A DNA stretch of 57,707 nt, filler included, from Sphacelaria rigidula (Eukaryota): the NCBI GenBank assembly GCA_964200075.2. It is 8 parts of 8 records of this genome, joined end to end, with 100 filler letters (N's around TTAATTAATTAA, not from the genome) between each part and the next. Parts side by side here need not be neighbours in the genome. Positions count along the whole stretch, not along the records: positions 50,583 to 57,707 come from CAXNAA020016366.1; 7 more parts are not named here. One strand, given 5' to 3'. Position numbers and translations under genes: made by a program. Every line of letters starts with the position of its first letter. Position 1 is the stretch's first letter. Under the pieces are notes generated by a model that saw nothing but the letters and a program-made list of their open reading frames with translations, searched no databases and was not told where the DNA came from. Below, piece after piece: positions 50,860-57,707 of the stretch.

Positions 50860-51814
50860 GCTCTAACTGAGCCAACTCCAAAGATTGCCATAAAATTGTC
50901 GCTCAGGATACCGGAGATGGTCGAGGGACCGTGCCAACATGACGGTGCCATGACACAGCGGAAGTGTAGTCTCCGGTGTCGGTGATGTAGGATCTATTCA
51001 ATCGGACATATCCACCACTCGGTTGGCCATAACGCTACGGTTCTCGTCAGCACATCGCGGCAAAGTCCGCAGCCATGAAAGCGCGTCATCGGACGTCTCA
51101 GGTTTTGACATGTATCAAGTTGTGATGTTTGTTTCGTCAATCGATTGCAAATCCGTCGTGAGATGGGCCGTTGGGTGCGTGTCGTTGCTGAGAGCGACAA
51201 GTATAGGCCAGGTGGTGGTCGCTGTGGTTTGTTTTTCGCCGTTGGCGTAAGCACGGATGCAGATGAAAGAGCCTCCGCTCTGTATTATTCGTTCGTTCAA
51301 GCCGCGAGCTACTCCCCGTGTAGATGTGTGAAGCGGGTCAGGACTGGGAGTCTGTGCGTGTCGCTAGATGAATTTGAAAAGGGGACTTCGGAAGGAAACA
51401 TCAGCGATCAGAGGGTTTGCACTACTCTTGACCAGCAGAAAAGGCGGACCGTAGTACTGGTCTCCTGAGCCTCGAGTAGGACGTCTAGGGAGTGGGGAGC
51501 TGTGCGTTCCGCGATGTTCGCTACGATGAACACACATATCATTAGGCAATGGTTTTCCGTGTGGGAGATCCTGTGCTGTCGAGTTTAGATATCCTCGCCG
51601 GAGTGATTACCATGCCGCGAAGCGATCCCCACGTAACTACAAAGCTGTGTGTCGTTCGCGGTGTAGGATATTCGACGATTCCATGTTGCGATGATCCCAA
51701 CGTACTGGTCGTATCATATAAAGGGGGTGACTCGTCCCATTCAAGTTGGTTTTGCTCTTTAGGTCACCTGAGATCCCGTTTTCCCTCTCTTCAACTACAC
51801 AGGTCCTTCCTGAA

Positions 51815-54697
51815 ATGGCACCGACGGATTGTGACTTCCTGCTTACTCTGTATCGATCGGCTGGTTCTAAGGCTACCTTGGGTAACTGGGGAACGCATGC
51901 CGACCTCTCGGATTGGAAAGGAGTAGGAGTCAGCGACGAAGGCCGCGTGGTCGAGCTTTTTCTTGACCACAGTAGAATCCAAGGTATTTTGAACCTTATC
52001 CTGGATCCAGGATTGAGGTGGTCGTGAGAGTGGCCCGCTTGGTAGCCGACCAGCGATGAAGTTGGACATCCGAGCGGTCACTAAAACTCGAGTACCCCCC
52101 GTGTACGCGTTGGTTGTTGATGCTGTCGTTCGTCGGTGGTCCCAGGGTGCTTCCTGTGGTGTTTCAGCGACTTAATTGTATTGTATCGTTCGCTGTATCG
52201 TTTGGCGTTTGGGCCTCCATAACTTCTGTACTTTCTCTGTTGAGTCTCTGCCGATATTAACCTGTGTTTCCGTGCGTTGTTTCCACTCACGGTATGAGAG
52301 CTCACCCTCGACATTATGCCGCCGGGATAGATAAATGGTAATGTATCCCCATGGTCTTGACTTCCTCATCTCTCGGGGAGGAATGCATGTTCTGTTCCGG
52401 AAGATCGTCTCCACCTGAAGTCACGTTGCCGGGGCAGGGTATTTGCAGTTGTCCTTTGTCGATGTTTTTTTCGCCCCTCAGACTTGACTTGTGTGTCGAC
52501 CCCACATGTTTTTTCTCCACTTTGCTTCGGCCAGGATTGCCGCGTGTTTCATCTCTCGTACGTCTATCTTGTGACCATATCGAGATGCTCGAGGAATACA
52601 TTTTCACGCCGTGTTAGTCAAGTCGACACACGGTATCGGTACGTGGTCTGTCCGTGCACCGTTAGTGTACTCGTCAAAGCTACTCGGTACCTGTTTATCC
52701 CATCTACTCACCGGCTCCTTGAACATGCGCCACCCAAACCCCACAAAACATTTGGGAATTCCACGTGCCTCTGCTACGCGGATAACGTCCGCTGTCGCTT
52801 AGTCTGGAGGACTCTGATGTGTCGGTTGTTACTCTATGCAGAGTTCTCGATCACGAATCCGTCCCGCAGGGTCCAGTAGGCTAGGTGAGTGGCTTCATTG
52901 CTATCATGCGTCCACTCTCGATTTTTGTAGCCTTGCCTGGGGAAACGTCGCGAACGCTGTATTTATTTAGCCTTCCTCTGTTTTGCGACACCAAATGAAA
53001 GTCGTGCGAGCTTGTGGTCTATTGAACACGAGTTTCGGCACACTCGATGTTCGATAACGCTACTTCAGCGTTCCCGAAAACCTCGGACTCCTGGAGGCAT
53101 CCATTACCCTCACCGAGCGCACGGACATGATACCACTGTGAAATTACACACATCCGATGTACTTCGATCCGTTTCAAACACTTTGCGGGCGAAATTCCGA
53201 ATTGTGGGTCAGCTGGGCGAGCTGGGGAAGTTTTCCCTCTACAAAACCCAGGAGAGCAACGAGTCCCCTGGACGAATAAAAGATATGGCGATGTGTCCAT
53301 TGGACGAATAAATGTGTGTAATGATGAGTCACTTGGGCATATGAACGTGTATGGTAGCAGGGGCAGTATTGGAGATTCACGCGATAGCGTCAAGTTGTGG
53401 TCGGCTGTTGTCTCGCGGATCTGTGTCTCGTCTCCGGGTAGGCTCCGGGTTGGCGGGACGCATTCCAGTGGGTGTGACTGCAATCCACGCGTGTTTTGGA
53501 CACCATGCAGGCGGAATTCCAGACTCCCTTGGTCAGCTCAGCAACCTGCGGACGCTAGACCTCCCCCACAACCAGCTAAGCGGTGAGTTCCTGGGGACAA
53601 ATGAACGTGTATGGTAGCAGGGCCGGTATTGGAGATTCACGCGATAGTGTCAAGTCGTGGTCGGCTGTTGTCTCGTGGAACTGTGTCTCGTCTCCGCATA
53701 GGCTCCGGGTTGGCGGCACGCATTGTAGTGGAGGTGGAAAACTGATGGGACTGCAATCCACGCGTGTTTTGGACACCATGCAGGCGCCATTCCGGACTCC
53801 CTTGGTCAGCTCAGCAACCTGGGGACGCTAAGCCTCGTCGGAAACCAGCTGAGCGGTGAGTTCCTCAAGACAAATAAACGTACATGATAGCAGGGGTAGT
53901 ATTGGAGGTTCACGCGACAGTGTCAAGTTGTGGTCGGCTGTTGTGTCGTGGAACTGTGTCTCGTCTCCGGGTAGGCTCCGGGTTGGCGGAGCGCATTGTA
54001 GTGGAGGTGAGAAACTGATGGGACTGCAATTCACGCGTGTCTTGGACACCCATGCAGGCGCAATTCCGGACTCCCTTGGTCAGCTCAGCAACCTGATAGC
54101 GCTACGCCTCTCCATGAACCAGCTGAGCGGTGAGTTCCTGGAGACAAATGAACGTGTATGATAGCAACGCCGGTATTGGAGGTTCACGCGACAGTGTCAA
54201 GTTGTGGTCGGCTGTTGTGTCGTGGAACTGTGTCTCGTCTCCGGGAAGGCTCCGGGTTGGCGGCATGCACTGTAGCGGATGTGAGAAACTGATGGGACTG
54301 CAATCCACGCGTGTTTCGGACATCCATGCAGGCGCAATTCCGGACTCCCTTGGTCAGCTCAGCAACCTGAAAGCGCTACGCTTCTCCATGAACCAGCTGA
54401 GCGGTGAGTTCCTTGGGACAAATAAACGTGTATGGTAGCAGGGGTAGTATTGGAGTAGCAGGGGTAGTATGGGAGGTTCACGCGATAGTGTCAAGTTGTG
54501 GTCGGCTGTTGTCTTGGAACCTGGTCTCGTCTCCGGCTAGGCTCCGGGTTGGCGGGGCGCATTTTAGTGGAGGTGAGAAACTGATGGGGGAACTGCAATC
54601 CACGCGTGTTTTGGACACCATGCAGGCGCAATTCCGGACTCCCTTGGTCAGCTCAGCAACCTGGGGACGCTAATCCTCTTGCAAAACCAGCTGAGCG
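51815..54697 (+). CDS. Brown-algal LRR protein (ROCO/LRR-GTPase-type N-terminus), 5' part: N-cap exon 51815-51983 and LRR exons 53511-53582, 53784-53855, 54058-54129, 54332-54403, 54626-54697
   Basis: N-cap MAPTDCDFLLTLYRSAG..NWGTHADLSDWKGVGVSDEGRVVELFLDHSRIQG|gt (phase 1); five 72-nt phase-1 exons GxIPDSLGQLSNLxxLxLxxNQLS with atgcag/gtgagt ends; C-terminal domains not in the contig. Confidence 0.92.
53188..53260 (+). pseudogene. Decayed LRR pseudo-exon
   Basis: GCGAAATTCCGAA..GGTCAGCTGGGCGAGCTGGGGAAGTTTTCCCTC (GEIP..GQLGELGKFSL) with a frameshift, broken splice sites, and a following intron-like GAGTCCCCTGGACGAATAAA. Confidence 0.6.
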
Positions 54698-54766
54698 GTG
54701 AGTTCGTTGGTTCAAATGAATGTGCGTGGTAGCAGGGCCGGTATTGGAGGTTTACGCGCTAGTGTC
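53325..54766 (+). repeat. Tandem array of exon+intron cassettes, periods 273/274/274/294 bp
   Basis: Introns are near-identical copies (GTGAGTTCCT..ATGAACGTGTATGGTAGCAGGG..GGCTCCGGGTTGGCGG..ACTGCAATCCACGCGTGTTTTGGACACCATGCAG). Confidence 0.97.
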
Positions 54767-55116
54767 TGTTTGTAGCTTCGTGACCCCGTGAGAGGATGGG
54801 GTACAGACTCGACTCAGATAGTCGATCAATGCACACGACTGCGATAGTCGATCAATGGACACGGCTGACTGCCGATCAAGATGAGGTAGAAATGTATATA
54901 AAGCTTTGTTGTTGAAGAGGGAAGGAAGGGGAGTGGGCCCTACGGGGGCCAACGTACCAAGATGCGATAAGCACCACTCACGTATGTCCAGTCACTAACA
55001 TCACAATATAGTCATTCCGCGTAGTAGCCGGAACTCAAACACGTATGTCACTAGACTGTTGTACCTTACCCTGACTAGGTGTATCCTACTGAACACCGCA
55101 GGCCATCCTACGAACA
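54767..55116 (-). mobile_element. 350-bp LTR (3' LTR of a minus-strand element) inserted in the intron after LRR exon 5
   Basis: TGTTTGTAG ... CTACGAACA terminal inverted repeats; adjacent C8 at 55117-55124 is a polypurine tract on the minus strand; the intron consensus stops abruptly at 54766. Confidence 0.8.
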
Positions 55117-57707
55117 CCCCCCCCATAGACTGCGCGTGTCAAAAGTATGGTTCATGGACCATACTTGGTGAACATAACTACTCATCGGAAAAAGAACTCT
55201 TCCGCTCACTGCGCATTCAACAGGTGTATCCTCTCAAGAAATGAATTTCATCAGCAACCGTAAAACGAATGCAAATCCCGGAACTGGTCACTTCTTTCAA
55301 CGACTATGGGACCAGCCAACAATGAAAGACATCGGCATATTTCTTTTCACACCAAGACAAAAACAGGGATGGATGAGCTGTGTGTTTTACCACACTGTAG
55401 CTCCTGATGGTCAACCCAAGCGAAACGCAAGTCAACTTCTTCAACTGTACTAGCCCATGCCCCTTACAAAAGCGTGGGTGGTCGTACTTAGCATTCGAGT
55501 AACCTGCACTACGCACGCGAGACCAAGCTCCTAGGTAACATATATGAATCCACACAACACAGTGCAGTTGACAACTTTCGAAACTCGGATCACATGTTGC
55601 AAAGTCCACTTCACAGTCAGTCAGCTACCTACAGTACAAGAATCAAATTTCAAAATTCAAATTCAGCAATACATACTACAGTAGTGCCTACGTCATCAAG
55701 CCAAACTAGATACTCACTACATCTACTTAAGCCCTTATTCCCCCTCGGTGACCGGCGGAGCAAAGCAGCTCAACGCTTCCAGACAAAACACACGATCAGA
55801 ATCACCCCCCCCCAATTCTTGCTTATCAAAGTCTTTTCCCCCCCGCTTCTAGGCCACGGGGAAGGAGTGCTGCATTCATCATCTTTCCCCCATAGCGGGG
55901 AGATTCGCAGCGAGGGACTGCCTTGATCCTGGTTGGTCACCGCCCTCCAAAACCAACCGTCACGTCATGCTCGTCTCAGCCTTACAGACAGCACCTGTGT
56001 CGGACAAAAAAAGATTTGGGAGGCTCAGCGTCTCACATATCGTGCAGACTCGAGGGGAATGGGCAGTGGGACAACAGACAGGAAAACTATTAATATCCAT
56101 GTTACTCAGGCGCGTCAATCACCAACCGATGAAAATACTTTTACCACGTACCGTACTGTGGTGTCGCGTTACGGTAGTCGCGAACGCACACCCACATGTT
56201 ATACCCGGATTCAGCACTATTATTTCAACTCTTCACTTCTCCATCACATACCACATATGGATCAAACGGCAGCTCGGCCGCTACCATCCTGGTTGCATGA
56301 AACATTACACTTTGCCTTTTACATGCCGTGCCAACATGTGTAGACCCGTGTGGAATTCGCCTGGCCAGCCAACCGAGCAACGACCAGCTCCCATATGGGT
56401 GATTCAATGCACTCATCTTTTATCATGCTGTGCACATGAACCGCATCTCGCTCATGAAGTCAGCTCTATCTATTAGCCGTCAAGTATGTGTCATATGCGT
56501 TTTGCTGACCTGTAGCACAGGAATTTCGTTTGTGCCCACAGTCACTCTTACGATATTATCATGATCAGGCCAAGCTACTAGTATTGCGCTATACTCAGTC
56601 CTCGCTCCTACCATAACAACGAAGTTTCGTCAACCGATCCAGTGAAGAAGCCGATGCCTCGCGAATCCTACACCTCTCGGAATAATAACAACTTTTTCAC
56701 TTAGATGTCGAGTGTCGGAACTCACCTCAAATTTTGTGGTCTCAACCATCATTCACCCGCGTACCCCTCTGCGGAACATTTTGCCGACATCACCCTCTAG
56801 TCTAGTCAGACAGCAGTGCCCCACACGCCTGTACTCACCAAGGCGACGAACAAGGTTCCACCTCAACCGATCGAGTAAGGGTGTGGTGCCCCACAGTCCT
56901 GCGCTCACCGGGGTGGCAACAACGTTACACATAAGCGTTGAGTTTCGGCAACCATGTCAAAACATGTTCTCAACACTCTTCACGCACTTCACTCTGTGCA
57001 ATTTTACCGACACCGTTCCACAGTCAAGTCAAGTCGCGGTGCCCCGCTCTCCTCACACTCACGAAAGCGGCAGACGATTTTCTTCATCAAACGAGTCAAA
57101 CAAACGCGCAAAGTAGGTCTGCACTCATCGAGACAGAAATTCGTCAAACATGAACACTGAGTTTCGTTGTCCATATCAAAAATATGATCTCAGCATTGTC
57201 CAGGAATGTACAACATCTCGATTCACCTGGGCAAGAACCTTTCCTTGGGTACATGAATCACTATCTGCATGACGGTCACGAACACTCAAAACATAAAAAC
57301 AAAGAGGTATTTGAGTCATGCATAGGTCTCATACCATCATTTTTCAAAAGGCCTCTACGTCCACTTCCGAACATACTGAAGAATCTATACTACCCGACGA
57401 CCCTACTGCCATCGCTGTATCTTCATTTTCTCCTGTATTACAATCCTGATATGAGTGTCCTTTTTTTTCCGCATCTCATACAATGTCATTCCGGACAGTC
57501 ACGCGCGAAGTGTGTTGTTTGCTTCCGACAAATCCAACACCACCTCTCCTTTATAGAACCATTTTTTTTTACGCCCATCAGGTTTTGAATCCCCCGTATC
57601 TCCCGAGGTCCCTTGTAAATTCGTAAATTCCTTTTTCGACTTCCCTTGCCACTTCACGGGGGTCCTGGCCAGTTTCCTGTGTCATACGGAAATATTTCCC
57701 GTCTTTC
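55117..57707 (-). mobile_element. Highly decayed Ty1/Copia-like internal region
   Basis: Two zinc knuckles CWICRKQTTHFARDC and CMRCGKK-GHSYQDC (~57440-57545, with a stop and a frameshift); RNase H-like GYSNAKY..KKLTCVSLG near the PPT. Confidence 0.55.

Noticed and set aside
53325-54766. CRISPR-like repeat/spacer array or DGR template/variable repeats
   Set aside because: The units are ~274-bp spliceosomal exon+intron cassettes; there are no cas or DGR RT genes, and the changes are not adenine-specific

Overview
Eukaryotic, intron-rich, repeat-rich DNA that looks like a brown alga (Phaeophyceae/stramenopile). The evidence is ASAF-type bipartite plastid presequences, an Ectocarpus-type LRR N-cap with 72-nt LRR exons, GT-AG introns, and a Gypsy RT with WVDD. 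The window is not one locus. It is 8 unrelated contigs of 7127, 7127, 7126, 7126, 7126, 7125, 7125 and 7125 bp, sorted by size and joined by 100-nt N44-TTAATTAATTAA-N44 linkers. Most ORFs in the six-frame track are spurious, so the genes were spliced by hand. Genes found: a PLAC8-like Cys-rich gene (partial), a complete 3-exon thylakoid-lumen-targeted protein with twin Cx3Cx3C motifs, a 6-exon fragment of a Cys-rich repeat protein with RxL motifs, a divergent pair of secreted and plastid-targeted genes, two exons of an algal MsrA-like gene, and an LRR gene. The most notable feature is the LRR gene. It has five tandem ~274-bp exon+intron cassettes whose 72-nt phase-1 exons are nearly identical except at the solvent-exposed LRR codons, with decayed cassettes upstream and an antisense LTR element interrupting the array. 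Mobile DNA includes a degenerate Ty3/Gypsy, a decayed Copia-like element, a LINE remnant, a tRNA-derived SINE family, and many MITEs, including a four-element nest.
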